Positions 1 to 9,810 are shown, counted from the stretch's first letter. The stretch is DNA of 64,000 bases from Chloroflexota bacterium (GCA_965261345.1 OZ253449.1:1763317-1827316), one strand, 5' to 3'. Translations and numbers: made by a program. Notes: a model not told the origin generated them from the letters alone.

Positions 1-94
1 CCCCGCCGTCTCCAAATCATTTAAAATTTTCACTAGCCGCTTACAGTACGCCGCAGACCTCTACCCGCCTCTACTACCCGCCTTAGCTATTGCC

Positions 95-448
95 ATGCCT
101 TCGATCATTGCCGACTTAGACCGAGAGCTGCTGCGTGCCGATATTCCGGATTTCGGGGTGGGCGACACGGTTCGCGTGCACAGCCTCGTCCGCGAAGGGC
201 AACGCGAGCGCATCCAAGCCTTCGAGGGCGTGGTGATCAAGCGCCGCGGTGGCGGCCTCCAGGAGACGTTTACGGTTCGCCGAATCTCCCATGCGGGAAT
301 AGGCGTCGAACGCTGTTTTCACCTGCATTCCCCGGTCATTGACCACCTCGATGTGGTGCGCCGTGGCCGGGTGCGACGGGCGAAACTCTACTACTTGCGC
401 GAACGCAAGGGCCGTGCCGCGCGGGTCCGCGAAGCTACTCGCCGCTGA
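95..448 (+). CDS. rplS: 50S ribosomal protein L19
   Basis: 117 aa ORF with L19 hallmark stretches (GDTVRVH...[16 protein letters not shown]...FTVRRIS...HSP.I). ATG start at 95. Confidence 0.9.
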   Translation: MPSIIADLDRELLRADIPDFGVGDTVRVHSLVREGQRERIQAFEGVVIKRRGGGLQETFTVRRISHAGIGVERCFHLHSPVIDHLDVVRRGRVRRAKLYYLRERKGRAARVREATRR

Positions 449-504
449 TTGAAGATCTCCCAATTCAATTGAAAATTTGCCGGTAGCCGCGCGGGGCTAG
501 TCGT

Positions 505-1197
505 TTGCCCCAGCCCACCGACGGGTGGATCGAATTGTCCGCTTCCCTGGCACCGCCGAACTTTGAGCGCCAATTGCTGGCCCGGGGAATCTCGCTCATT
601 GCCGGGATCGATGAAGTCGGCCGCGGCGCCCTGGCCGGTCCGGTCTGTGCCGGCGCGGTGCTGTTAAACGCCCCGACCATCCTCAGCCGCTCGAAATTTT
701 CCGGGGTAAGGGATTCCAAGCTCGTTCCGCGCCACCGCCGCGGCCCGCTTAGCCGCAACATTTGGAACCGGGCGGTTGCGGTTTCGCTGGGCTGGGTGGA
801 GGCCCGCGAAATAGACGAGATCGGGATTGCCGCGGCCGTCCGCCGGGCAATGATCCTGGCGCTCGCCCAGCTGCGCCCCAGGCCACAGGCGCTAATTACC
901 GATGCCGTCGCGCTACGCGGTCCGGCGGTACCCGAATTGTTCTTTAGCTTCCCCAAGGCCGATCGCGACACGCTGAGCGTGGGGGCCGCCTCGATCTGCG
1001 CCAAGGTCGCCCGCGACGCGCATATGCAGCGCCTGGAATCCATGTTCCCGGACTACGGCTTTGGGCAGAATGTCGGCTATGGCACCAGCGACCACCTGGC
1101 CGCAATCGCCGCCTACGGTCCCAGCCGGGCGCATCGTCTCTCCTTCGGCCCCTGTCGACCAAGGCTCACTGATCTCTCCGTTGCCGGTCCCAACTAG
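505..1197 (+). CDS. rnhB: ribonuclease HII
   Basis: GIDEVGRGALAGPV active-site motif. Conserved rplS-rnhB neighbourhood. True start may lie downstream of 505, since there is a long N-terminal extension before the motif. Confidence 0.85.
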   Translation: MPQPTDGWIELSASLAPPNFERQLLARGISLIAGIDEVGRGALAGPVCAGAVLLNAPTILSRSKFSGVRDSKLVPRHRRGPLSRNIWNRAVAVSLGWVEAREIDEIGIAAAVRRAMILALAQLRPRPQALITDAVALRGPAVPELFFSFPKADRDTLSVGAASICAKVARDAHMQRLESMFPDYGFGQNVGYGTSDHLAAIAAYGPSRAHRLSFGPCRPRLTDLSVAGPN

Positions 1198-1212
1198 ATT
1201 GCGGCCGGCCGT

Positions 1213-1809
1213 ATGGAACTGATCGCAGAGCTATCCGGCTGGGTTCTCTCGTGGGGCGAATCGCCGTTGAGTTGGGTGGCGCTGTTTCTGGTCTCATTCT
1301 GGGATTCCAGTTTCTTACCGGTTCCGCCCGACGCGCTGATGATCGTCCTGATCCTTGCCGATCCCAGGCTTGCGCTGCCGATCGCCGCCCTGGCTTCGAT
1401 CGGATCATTGCTCGGTGCCGCGCTCGGCTACTGGATCGGGCTCAGGGGCGGCCGACCGCTGATTCACCGCCTAATCAACGAGCAGCGGCTTCGCTACGTG
1501 GAAATGAAATATCAGGAAAACGATATTTTGGCGATCATGCTTGCATGTTTTACCCCGTTACCGTACAAGGTTTTTGCGGTCGGGGCCGGTGTCTGCCAGA
1601 TCAATTTCCGCCGCTTCATGCTGGTTTCGGCGGTAGGCCGGTCGACGCGATTTCTGGCGGTGGGACTGGCGTTGTTTTTTTTCGGCGACCAGATCCGCGA
1701 GCTGCTGGAAGACTACTCGGCGCCAATCGCGCTCGCCTTCCTGGTGATTTTTGCACTCGGGGTGTTCCTGATGCGTTGGATCTCCAACCGCGCCACCACG
1801 GCGGTTTAG
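1213..1809 (+). CDS. DedA/YqaA-family (VTT domain) membrane protein
   Basis: 198 aa multi-TM ORF with SFLPVPPDALMIVL-type DedA/YqaA core. The alternative-frame ORF 1251..1871 was rejected. Confidence 0.6.
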   Translation: MELIAELSGWVLSWGESPLSWVALFLVSFWDSSFLPVPPDALMIVLILADPRLALPIAALASIGSLLGAALGYWIGLRGGRPLIHRLINEQRLRYVEMKYQENDILAIMLACFTPLPYKVFAVGAGVCQINFRRFMLVSAVGRSTRFLAVGLALFFFGDQIRELLEDYSAPIALAFLVIFALGVFLMRWISNRATTAV

Positions 1810-1830
1810 CGGGAACCGGCCCGCCCGTAC

Positions 1831-2910
1831 TTAGAGCATCGGTAGCGGTTCGACCCGTTCGAGGTTCTTAACCGAGATCGCGGCCGCCAATTTGGAGCTT
1901 ATCTGGCGGTAGGTGTCGACTAATCCATTGACGCCGAAGCGGGCAACCGGCCGCCCGTCGTCACCGCCCTGGCGAATTGTCGGGTCGAGCGGGAGTTCAC
2001 CGAAGAAGGGGATCTCCATCAGCTCGGCGGCGCGCCGGGCTCCGCCGTGACCGAAGATCTCGATCCGCGAGCCATCGATTGGATTTTGGAAGTACGACAT
2101 GTTCTCGATCAGTCCAAGAATGTCGACGCTGAGGCGCTCGAACATTGCAATCGCCCGCCGCACGTCCTGCAAGGCCACTTCCTGGGGGGTCGAGACGATG
2201 ACCGCTCCGGTCAGTGGAATCAGCTGCGCGAGCGAGAGCGAAGCATCGCCGGTACCTGGCGGAAGGTCGACTATCAGGTAATCGAGATCACCCCAGTCAA
2301 CGTCGCCAATGAGCTGCTTGAGCGCCCCGGCGATCATTGGACCTCGCCAAATCACCGGGGTGTCGGGTTCGAGCATGAATCCCAACGACATCAACTTGAC
2401 GCCGAAGGATTCGATCGCCTGAATCTTGCCGCCGATCGCGGTCGGCGAAGCGTTAGCGCCCATCATCAATGGAATATTGGGGCCGTAGACGTCGGCGTCG
2501 AGCAATCCGACCGTGGCCCCCTGGTCGCGCAGGGCTACTGCCAGGTTGACCGCGGTGGTGCTTTTCCCGACTCCACCCTTACCCGATGCCACCGCCACCG
2601 CATTTTTGACGCCCGGCAAGGTGGAGGACGGCGTGGTGGAGCGCGATCCGACCTCGGCGGTCATCTCGATGTTGGCTCCGGCAACCCAGCCCAAGCTGGC
2701 CAAGCCGGCCCGGACGCGGCTGTCAATCTCACCGCGCAGGGGGCAGGCCGGGGTGGTCAGGACCACCGTCAGCGACACGTCGTCGCCGGTCACCTTCACG
2801 TCACGAACCATGTTCAAGGTGACCAGATCTTTGTGGATTTCAGGGTCGTAGACGCCGCGCATGGCGTCGATGACCTGATCGACCCGTGATTGGTTGTCAG
2901 CGGCGGGCAT
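1831..2910 (-). CDS. mrp: Fe-S cluster carrier ATPase Mrp/ApbC with N-terminal DUF59 domain
   Basis: Walker A/ParA-like VASGKGGVGKST plus N-terminal DUF59 (MPAADN...LTTPACP). The ORF-track start at 3078 is an over-extension. ATG at 2908-2910 gives the canonical protein. Confidence 0.85.
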   Translation of the reverse strand: MPAADNQSRVDQVIDAMRGVYDPEIHKDLVTLNMVRDVKVTGDDVSLTVVLTTPACPLRGEIDSRVRAGLASLGWVAGANIEMTAEVGSRSTTPSSTLPGVKNAVAVASGKGGVGKSTTAVNLAVALRDQGATVGLLDADVYGPNIPLMMGANASPTAIGGKIQAIESFGVKLMSLGFMLEPDTPVIWRGPMIAGALKQLIGDVDWGDLDYLIVDLPPGTGDASLSLAQLIPLTGAVIVSTPQEVALQDVRRAIAMFERLSVDILGLIENMSYFQNPIDGSRIEIFGHGGARRAAELMEIPFFGELPLDPTIRQGGDDGRPVARFGVNGLVDTYRQISSKLAAAISVKNLERVEPLPML

Positions 2911-2995
2911 GATTGTCAGCTCAGAATTTACAAGGTTTAGAAGAGGATATTCGATTTTATTGGGATGCCCGATAGCGGCGGGATCGGATCGGGCG

Positions 2996-3778
2996 TTAGC
3001 CAATCGCCGCCGGAGGGGCGGAAAAAACCTGGCGAACCGTGCCGCTGGCGAATTCCGTCCGCCGGCCGTCAATTTCAAGCGCGATTTTCCCTGCGGCCGT
3101 CAATTGGCATACGGTGCCGGTATACGAACGGCCGCCGGCCGCCAGTTGGATCCTTCGACCCAGGAGCGTGGATCGCTCGACCCACTGATGATGCTGGTCG
3201 GCGGCCCCGGCGGGCAGCTCGGTCAGCAATTGGCCGAGCCGGCGGATCAACCGGGCACAGACATCGACGCGGTCGACCGGCCGGCCGAGCTGGTCGGCGG
3301 CCGAGGCGGCCGGGTAGGTCATTCCGGTCAGCCTGGCGGGGTCATTGTTGAGATTGGCGCCGATCCCGATCGCATGGCCGTCGCCGGCGCCTTCGATTAG
3401 GACGCCGCCGGCCTTGGCTCCCGCCAACATCACATCGTTGGGCCATTTAATACCCACTTCCCGGCAACCGACCGTCTCTAACGCCTGGCACAGGGCCAGA
3501 CATCCGCAGCGGGCCAGGTCGGCCGCCGTGGCGCCGCTAAAGTGACCGGCGTAGGTCAGGGCGAGAGCCTGTCCGGGCGGCGTCTTCCAGGAAGCCCCGC
3601 GCCGTCCGCGTCCAGCTGACTGCGAGTCGGCAACTATTGCCAATTGACCTGAAAAGCCCTCGCGCAGACGCCCGAGCGCGACCTGGTTGGTCGAATCGAC
3701 CCGCGACCTGTACACAATTTCGACTGGCAGATCGGCCAGTTGGCGGCCAAGCCGGCCGAAATCGAAGGCGCTGTCCAA
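2996..3778 (-). CDS. birA: biotin--[acetyl-CoA-carboxylase] ligase (group I, no HTH)
   Basis: GRGRRGASW and KWPNDV biotin-protein-ligase motifs. 260 aa. Confidence 0.8.
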   Translation of the reverse strand: MDSAFDFGRLGRQLADLPVEIVYRSRVDSTNQVALGRLREGFSGQLAIVADSQSAGRGRRGASWKTPPGQALALTYAGHFSGATAADLARCGCLALCQALETVGCREVGIKWPNDVMLAGAKAGGVLIEGAGDGHAIGIGANLNNDPARLTGMTYPAASAADQLGRPVDRVDVCARLIRRLGQLLTELPAGAADQHHQWVERSTLLGRRIQLAAGGRSYTGTVCQLTAAGKIALEIDGRRTEFASGTVRQVFSAPPAAIG

Positions 3779-3802
3779 AAGCCTGCGGCCGACCCGCCGC
3801 GG

Positions 3803-4489
3803 TTAGCGGTAATCCCAGACTTGCTTTAGTTCCTCGACGGTCATCTGCGGTTTCATCTTCGCCAGGATTCCGCCTTCGCGCTTTCGCACCTGCTCGACCG
3901 CCGCCGGGACCTGGTCGATGATCTCGCGCGGGATCTTGGTGACCCCGTTGCGGTCGCCATGCAGGATATCGCCCGGGCTTATCCAACAACCGGAAACCTG
4001 CACCGGTTCATTTACCGCGACCGTGGCCAAATTCCCGTGCGACACGCAGGTCCCGGCGGCGAAGAATTGGACCCCGCCGATTTCGGCGATTTCCGAAAGA
4101 TCCCTGATCGCCCCGTCGGTTACCACCGCGATTGCGCCCAGCGATTTGACCGACGTGGCGTACATTTCGCCCCATTGGGAGGCCCGGGCCGGCCGGTCAG
4201 AGACGTCCTTGAATACGCAGATGACCGGTTTGGGCGAGTCCTCGATGGCCTGGAACAGCTGGAATCGCAAGTCGGTGCCCGAGTCGGCACCGTCGTCCAC
4301 GCTGCGGATCGTGCAGGTGACCGCGTAGCCGCAGACTGGGTCCATCTCGGGGAAGTAACAGCCGATCTCCGGCCCAAGGTAACCTTCGTGCCGGGGACGC
4401 ACGTTTAGCGGTTCGATGGCGTTGCAGATCGTCGGGCTGTCGGTGCTCGCCAATTTGGCCAAGAGGCCGGCTGGTAGGGGTTCGATCAT
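3803..4489 (-). CDS. RraA-family protein (RNase E regulator / 4-hydroxy-4-methyl-2-oxoglutarate aldolase fold)
   Basis: 228 aa with GDILHGDRNGV RraA/MenG-family signature. Confidence 0.7.
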   Translation of the reverse strand: MIEPLPAGLLAKLASTDSPTICNAIEPLNVRPRHEGYLGPEIGCYFPEMDPVCGYAVTCTIRSVDDGADSGTDLRFQLFQAIEDSPKPVICVFKDVSDRPARASQWGEMYATSVKSLGAIAVVTDGAIRDLSEIAEIGGVQFFAAGTCVSHGNLATVAVNEPVQVSGCWISPGDILHGDRNGVTKIPREIIDQVPAAVEQVRKREGGILAKMKPQMTVEELKQVWDYR

Positions 4490-4511
4490 TTTTGCTCCAA
4501 TTGGTGCTTAA

Positions 4512-5396
4512 TTACCAATAATCCTCGGTAATGACTTGCGCGCCGCGCCCGGTCAGCAAATAGTCCAGCGGCTCCAGCGCCAATTTGATATCGGTGATCA
4601 TATCCGGATTGCCGCAGAGGTAGAAGGCGCTTTTGCCCGGCCCCAATCGGTCGCCCACGGCGGCCAGCTCCGATCTGGCCAGCTCGGGGGCCACGCGCCC
4701 GGTTGGATTGCATGCCAGCAGCAACCGGACGATGTCGTTGGCCCGGCCCCGCGAGAGATCGTCGGTAAAGTCGGGATCGCCGGTCGGACGCGAGACGGTC
4801 GGAATATAGGTCAGCCCCAATTCGGGGTCGGCGGCGAGGTCTTCCAGCTCCTGACGGTAGCCAAGTTCGCTGGCGTAGCTTACGCCGTGGATGACGGTCA
4901 GCCTGCGTTGCGGCCGGGTCCCCTGGTCTAGTTCGGCGCGCTGCTGGCGCGCCATTGCCACGAACGGTGCCAAGCCGGTCCCGGTGGCCACGCAGATTAC
5001 TTCGTCCTCGGAGGTGCGCGGCAGGTCGAAGCGGCCGGCCGGCCCCATGTATAGCAGCTTGGCGCCGGGATTGCGGTGTTGCCACATGGTCCCGGTGAAA
5101 TAGCCCAGGCTCTTGCCGTCGGCGCCACCGTCGCGCACCAGGACAACGTAGAACTCAAGCTCGCTGCGATTCAATGGGGCCGATGCAATCGAATACTGGC
5201 GTGGCCGCGGGTCATCTTCGGGTTGGTCCCAGAACGCCAGTTGGGCATATTGCCCGGGGCGAAATTTAAAGAATTGCTCGCCGTCACTGCGCGCGATCTT
5301 AAATATCGCCAGGTCCTCGCGGCCCACTTCCTCCCAGCTGGTAAGTTCGGCTTCCTGCATTCGTTCGCGCAGGTCGCGGCGTTGGCGGGCGGCCAT
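4512..5396 (-). CDS. ferredoxin--NADP(+) reductase (FNR/FPR type)
   Basis: RQYSIAS FAD-binding motif, GTGLAP NADP-binding motif, and a C-terminal aromatic residue. Confidence 0.75.
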   Translation of the reverse strand: MAARQRRDLRERMQEAELTSWEEVGREDLAIFKIARSDGEQFFKFRPGQYAQLAFWDQPEDDPRPRQYSIASAPLNRSELEFYVVLVRDGGADGKSLGYFTGTMWQHRNPGAKLLYMGPAGRFDLPRTSEDEVICVATGTGLAPFVAMARQQRAELDQGTRPQRRLTVIHGVSYASELGYRQELEDLAADPELGLTYIPTVSRPTGDPDFTDDLSRGRANDIVRLLLACNPTGRVAPELARSELAAVGDRLGPGKSAFYLCGNPDMITDIKLALEPLDYLLTGRGAQVITEDYW

Positions 5397-5398
5397 AT

Positions 5399-6805
5399 TT
5401 AAGCGGGAACTGAGCTGGAATTGACTTTTTCGGCCAGCGCTTCGGCTGGTTCAACCATGATTTCGGCCAGGGTGGGATGCAGGTGCGGGATGCGGGCAAA
5501 GTCGCCGACGGTCGCCCGGTAGTGCATCGCCACCACGGCCTCGTGGATCAGGTCGGGACCTTCGGGGCCCAGCACATGAACACCGAGGAGCTCACCGGTT
5601 CGGCCGTCGGCCACCATTTTGACCAGGCCCTTGTTCTGCCCCATGGTAAGGGCCTTGCCCTGGTCCTCGAACGATTCGGTTGCCACGATGACCGATTCAT
5701 AGCGCGCCCGCGCGGCCTTTTCGGTTAGTCCGACGGTGCCGACCGCCGGGTCGGTAAAAACCGCCTGCGGAACCACCCGCAGATCAAACTGCTGCGGCGG
5801 CTTGCCGGCCACGTTGTCGCCGATGATCTGGCCCTGTTGGACTGCGGTGTGGACAACCTGCAGCGGTCCGACTTCGCGGCCGATGCAATCGCCGGCGGCG
5901 TAAACGTTGGGGTTCGAGGTCTGCATGAAGGTGTTTACCAGGATCCAGCCGCGTTCGGTTTCCACCCCGGCCCGTTCCAGCCCCAGGCCGGCGATTGCGG
6001 GGCGCCGTCCCAGCGCCACCAGGATCTCGCTGGCCGAAAATCGCGCCGGACCGGCGCCGGTTTCGAGCTCGACCTGCTTGGCGCCGTCGGGCGAACGCGA
6101 AAACCGCGTGATACGAGTGCCGGTAACTATCCGTATGCCCTCGCGTTTCAGGTAAACGGCCAGTTGCCGGCCGATCGCCTCGTCTAGGCCCGAAAGCACG
6201 TGGTCGGAGCGCTGGACCACGGTGACCGCGACCCCCAGCCGCGAAAACAACTGGGCAAATTCAAGCGCCACCGCCCCGCCGCCGATCACCAGCAGCGAGT
6301 CTGGCAGGGCATCGAGGGTCTGGGCCTGGTCGGAATCGATATAGCCGACCGCGGCCAGGCCCGGCAGCAGCGGAGTAGCGATCTCGGAACCGGTCGTTAC
6401 CGCGAAGTAGTCGGCGCTAAGGACCCGGCCGTCGACCTGGATCGAACGCCGGTCGAGAAACGAACCCCGGCCCTTGATCATCTCCACGTTGGCCAGGTTT
6501 TCGGCCGAGACCTGGCGGTAGCTGGCAAACTCTTGCACCAGCGCGTCCTTGCGGGCCCTGACCGCCGGCCAGTCAATCGCCGGGGCCGAGCTGTTGATTC
6601 CCAATGAGGCCGCTTCACGCACCAGCTGGGCGATTTCGGCCGATCGCAGCAGGGTCTTGGTCGGCATGCAGCCACGCAGGATGCAAAGTCCGCCGAATCG
6701 GTCGGCGGCCTCGACTAGGGCGACTCGCAAACCGTTGGCGGACGCCGTGCTGGCCGCGTGATATCCCGCCGATCCGCCGCCAATTACGATGAAGTCGTAA
6801 TGCAG
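5399..6805 (-). CDS. class I pyridine nucleotide-disulfide oxidoreductase (dihydrolipoyl dehydrogenase-like)
   Basis: Redox-active GGLCILRGCMPTK and a C-terminal HPTLAE dimerisation His-Glu dyad. The ORF-track start (TTG 6730) removes the FAD-binding YDFIVIGGGSAGY segment. That segment is in frame upstream, with no ATG/GTG/TTG before the in-frame stop at 6896-6898. The end coordinate 6805 assumes initiation at CTG 6803-6805, which is preceded by GAGGAG. Confidence 0.7.
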   Translation of the reverse strand: MHYDFIVIGGGSAGYHAASTASANGLRVALVEAADRFGGLCILRGCMPTKTLLRSAEIAQLVREAASLGINSSAPAIDWPAVRARKDALVQEFASYRQVSAENLANVEMIKGRGSFLDRRSIQVDGRVLSADYFAVTTGSEIATPLLPGLAAVGYIDSDQAQTLDALPDSLLVIGGGAVALEFAQLFSRLGVAVTVVQRSDHVLSGLDEAIGRQLAVYLKREGIRIVTGTRITRFSRSPDGAKQVELETGAGPARFSASEILVALGRRPAIAGLGLERAGVETERGWILVNTFMQTSNPNVYAAGDCIGREVGPLQVVHTAVQQGQIIGDNVAGKPPQQFDLRVVPQAVFTDPAVGTVGLTEKAARARYESVIVATESFEDQGKALTMGQNKGLVKMVADGRTGELLGVHVLGPEGPDLIHEAVVAMHYRATVGDFARIPHLHPTLAEIMVEPAEALAEKVNSSSVPA

Positions 6806-7073
6806 CTTGCCGGGCTCCTCGGTTCGCAGGCCAGCCAGTGGCCAGGATTTTGTTGCTGGATTATCCCCGGCGCGGGCCCCCCGGGACCGCCGACCCTAGA
6901 CTTTTTTAGGGCGGCAATGGTGGGCGTCAATTCCGTTCAGGTCCAAAGCCCGGTCCCTGCAACTTCCAACGGCCCGCCCGGGCCGATCGCCAACGCGTGG
7001 CCTAATTGACCTCCAATCTCCCCGGGTCGCCCGGTTTTCCGATCGCCGTGCCGCGGCCCCGGCGTCGCCCGGT

Positions 7074-8321
7074 TTGATACCTTCGGCCAACCAATGGCGG
7101 GCGCCCTGGATGCGCAACGCGCTCTCGGTGGTGGTCGGCATGTTTGCCACCTTTTTCGGCTACTCGTTCTTTGTTCCATTCCTGGCACTCTACTTCCAGG
7201 AGCTTGGCCTGAGCGTTGCCGAGTCGGCCGCCTGGGCGGGTTACACCGGGTTCGGTCAGGGCTTGGGTTTTGCGATTTCAGCGCCCCTTTGGGGAATGCT
7301 GGCCGATCGCATCGGGCGCAAACCGATGGTGGTGCGGGCTATGATCGCCTCCTCCGGCGGGTTTCTGCTGATTCCGTTATTCCACAATCCGGTGGCGGTG
7401 TTTGTAATCATCCTGGTGCGTGGTTTTCTGGCCGGACCGGGCACCGCCGCAATGGCGCTTATCTCGGCCTCTACCCCGCCCCGGCAGATGGCGATGGTGG
7501 TGGGTTGGATCGAGGCCGCGCAGGTACTGGGAATCAGCCTGGGGCTAGCCGCCGGGGCTATCCTGGCCGCCAGCATAGGGATTGCCAACACGTTCCTTTT
7601 CGCCGGTGCCTTCGGCGTGCTGGGCGCCACGGTCGTACTGTTTGGCGCACAAGAAAAATTCGAGCGGCCGGCCAAGTACAGCGCCGCGCCAACCCAGGGC
7701 CTGCCGGCCCGCTTTGTCGGAAGCCTAAAACAGGCTCGCTCCACCCTGAACCCCACGCTGGGCTTCGCCTTCCTGGCGATGGGCGGGGTCTGGATGTCGC
7801 AGCAGGGGGTCGGATACATATTCATCCTGCAGGTTCAAACCATGGCCGACCCGAGCGTGGTCGCTCTCTATTCCGGTTTTATGCAGAGCGCTTTTTCGGT
7901 GGCCATGTTCGTCGGTGTGCTGCTGGCCAACCGGGCTGGTCACCGCTGGGGATACCGCAAGGTCCTTTTCCTGGGCATTGTGGCTGCCTCGGTGCTTTTT
8001 ATCCCGCAGGGTCTGACCGGACAGATCTGGGTCTTTGCCCTGGCCCGGGCGGTCCAGGGTTTTTGTACCGGGTTGGTATCTCCGCTTGCACGGGCGCTGG
8101 TGGCGCTGGCCTCCAAACCGGAGGATCGCGGCACCGTATTCGGGCTCTCGGGGGTGTTTTCCGGAATGGGTGGGGCGATCGGGCCGTTGTTGTTCGGTTC
8201 GCTGCTGGCGGTCAACCTGGGAGTCGGGCCGGCGATTGCCCTGGCGGCGGTCTGCTACCTGCCAGCCGTTGTGGCCATCAATTGGCGAGGCGAAATCGAC
8301 GCCCTGGCCACCCGCGGTTAG
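7074..8321 (+). CDS. MFS transporter
   Basis: 415 aa with about 12 TM segments. MFS motif GMLADRIGRKP between TM2 and TM3. ATG at 7110 is an alternative start. Confidence 0.8.
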   Translation: MIPSANQWRAPWMRNALSVVVGMFATFFGYSFFVPFLALYFQELGLSVAESAAWAGYTGFGQGLGFAISAPLWGMLADRIGRKPMVVRAMIASSGGFLLIPLFHNPVAVFVIILVRGFLAGPGTAAMALISASTPPRQMAMVVGWIEAAQVLGISLGLAAGAILAASIGIANTFLFAGAFGVLGATVVLFGAQEKFERPAKYSAAPTQGLPARFVGSLKQARSTLNPTLGFAFLAMGGVWMSQQGVGYIFILQVQTMADPSVVALYSGFMQSAFSVAMFVGVLLANRAGHRWGYRKVLFLGIVAASVLFIPQGLTGQIWVFALARAVQGFCTGLVSPLARALVALASKPEDRGTVFGLSGVFSGMGGAIGPLLFGSLLAVNLGVGPAIALAAVCYLPAVVAINWRGEIDALATRG

Positions 8322-8337
8322 CACCCCCCCCAACCCC

Positions 8338-9330
8338 CTAAGGGGCTTCTTCAGGTTCCTCCGGCCGGGCGTACCAGAATCGGCCGAATCGCCAATCTCG
8401 GCGGCGGGCCATGCCCTCGTCATCAACGGCGTTGGGGGCCGCGATCTCACGGGTGGCATCGACCGCCTGGCGCAATTGCGAGGAGAGGTAGTCGAGCAGA
8501 TGCAGAGCCATCGCCTCAGCGGTGGCCGGTTCGACCGATGCCCCCATCGCGCGCTCGCCATGATGGGAGAGTACCAGGTGGCGAAGCTGCATCGCCAGTT
8601 CCGGTGACGTGCCTACTTCAGCACAGGCGCTAGCTACCCACGAATCGCAGATCGCAATGTGGCCGACCAGCGAGCCGGGCGCCGAATAGGCAAATTCGGT
8701 TCCGCGCGGGGTGAGTTCGACCAGTTTGCCCAAGTCGTGGAGGATGCACCCGGCGTATACGAGGTCGCGGTCCAGTTCCCGGTATTGCTGGCAAAGGGTT
8801 GTGGCCAACGCCAACATTTCCAGCACGTGTTCGATCAACCCGCCCAGATAAGCGTGGTGGCGGCGCGAAGCGGCCGGCCACTGTTCGATTCCGGCCGCAA
8901 CTTCGTCCCTTGCCAGCACCACACCGCAGACGGCCGCGATTTCCGGCGACGACTCGGCGATCCGGTCGATATAGCCGTCCAACTCGCCGAACATTTCCCG
9001 CCGATCGCGCGACGAAGTGACCACAAACTGATCGGCCACCGCCGGATCTTGAACCAATGCGATCGCCTCCAGCTTCAAGTTCATTTGATCGCGGAAGGTA
9101 TCGACCGACGCCCTGATCCCTACCGCTTTTCCGACCGGCAGTTCGAACGCCGTTTCCGGCGGCCTAAAGAAACGGGCCACGATGCTCAACTGGTCGGTGC
9201 CTTTGAGCTCGCCCTGCCAGTAGGGGTTGCCATTGCGGTCCTGTCGCCGCTCCGACCCGACCAGCAGCATGATTCCCTCGACCCTTCCACCCGATTGCAT
9301 CTGGCCAACCTTTAAGCCATTGGCGCTCAT
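8338..9330 (-). CDS. YhaM-like 3'-5' exoribonuclease (N-terminal OB fold plus HD domain)
   Basis: RHHAYLGGLIEHVLEM ... ILHDLGK ... LSHHGE HD-domain motifs, with an N-terminal OB-fold-like region. Confidence 0.7.
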   Translation of the reverse strand: MSANGLKVGQMQSGGRVEGIMLLVGSERRQDRNGNPYWQGELKGTDQLSIVARFFRPPETAFELPVGKAVGIRASVDTFRDQMNLKLEAIALVQDPAVADQFVVTSSRDRREMFGELDGYIDRIAESSPEIAAVCGVVLARDEVAAGIEQWPAASRRHHAYLGGLIEHVLEMLALATTLCQQYRELDRDLVYAGCILHDLGKLVELTPRGTEFAYSAPGSLVGHIAICDSWVASACAEVGTSPELAMQLRHLVLSHHGERAMGASVEPATAEAMALHLLDYLSSQLRQAVDATREIAAPNAVDDEGMARRRDWRFGRFWYARPEEPEEAP

Positions 9331-9725
9331 CGCCGCCGCCAGCGGTCAATCCAGCCGGCCAACCGACCCGGCTCGGGGCGGTCGTCGATCGTGCGTCCTC
9401 GCCACATCTTGCCTCTTCTGCGCGAGCCGCCGCTCCGGCCGCGCCCGAGGGTGGAAACATAGGCGACAAAGATCATGAGTAAACCGGCGGTCGCGCTTAT
9501 CGGTACGATGAGCCGCATGAACGGAAACAGGGCCAGAAAAAGCGAGATCACTATCAAAACCGCGCCGGTGGTGGCCAGCTGCCGCGGGGATGAAATCCGA
9601 TCGAGCACGAATCGACCCAGGCGGTCCAGTATGCCAACCGGCGGAGGTGTCCGTTCCGCCGATCCGCTGTCCCGCAGGATCTCGCGTACTTCATCTTCCC
9701 AGTCGCGCTTTTTGCCCATGTTCAC
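9327..9725 (-). CDS. hypothetical small membrane protein (2 TM)
   Basis: 132 aa with a hydrophobic core AVLIVISLFLALFPFMRLIVPISATAGLLMIFVAYV. Its stop overlaps the yhaM-like start (ATGA), suggesting translational coupling. No recognisable family. Confidence 0.45.
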   Translation of the reverse strand: MNMGKKRDWEDEVREILRDSGSAERTPPPVGILDRLGRFVLDRISSPRQLATTGAVLIVISLFLALFPFMRLIVPISATAGLLMIFVAYVSTLGRGRSGGSRRRGKMWRGRTIDDRPEPGRLAGWIDRWRRR

Positions 9726-9810
9726 CGAGCCTTATCGAGATTCCCGCCGAGGCGACCGACGGCCCCCCACTGTTTGGCGCGATTTTTGCACGCCACCGCG
9801 GCCGCCGATG

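Noticed and set aside
2047-2889. 280-aa + strand ORF antisense to mrp/apbC
   Set aside because: Arg/Gly/Asp-rich low-complexity translation typical of the reverse frame of a high-GC gene. It is fully embedded in a strongly supported gene and has no motifs.
6806-7073. Possible riboswitch or terminator hairpin (ccctagacttttttaggg) in the divergent region between the disulfide reductase and MFS genes
   Set aside because: The short imperfect stem has its T-run in the loop rather than 3' of the stem. No recognisable riboswitch consensus (FMN, TPP, SAM, cobalamin) was found.
7094-8341. 415-aa ORF in an alternative + frame across the MFS transporter gene
   Set aside because: Extreme Arg/Gly/Pro composition with no hydrophobic helices. 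The other frame gives a textbook 12-TM MFS protein.
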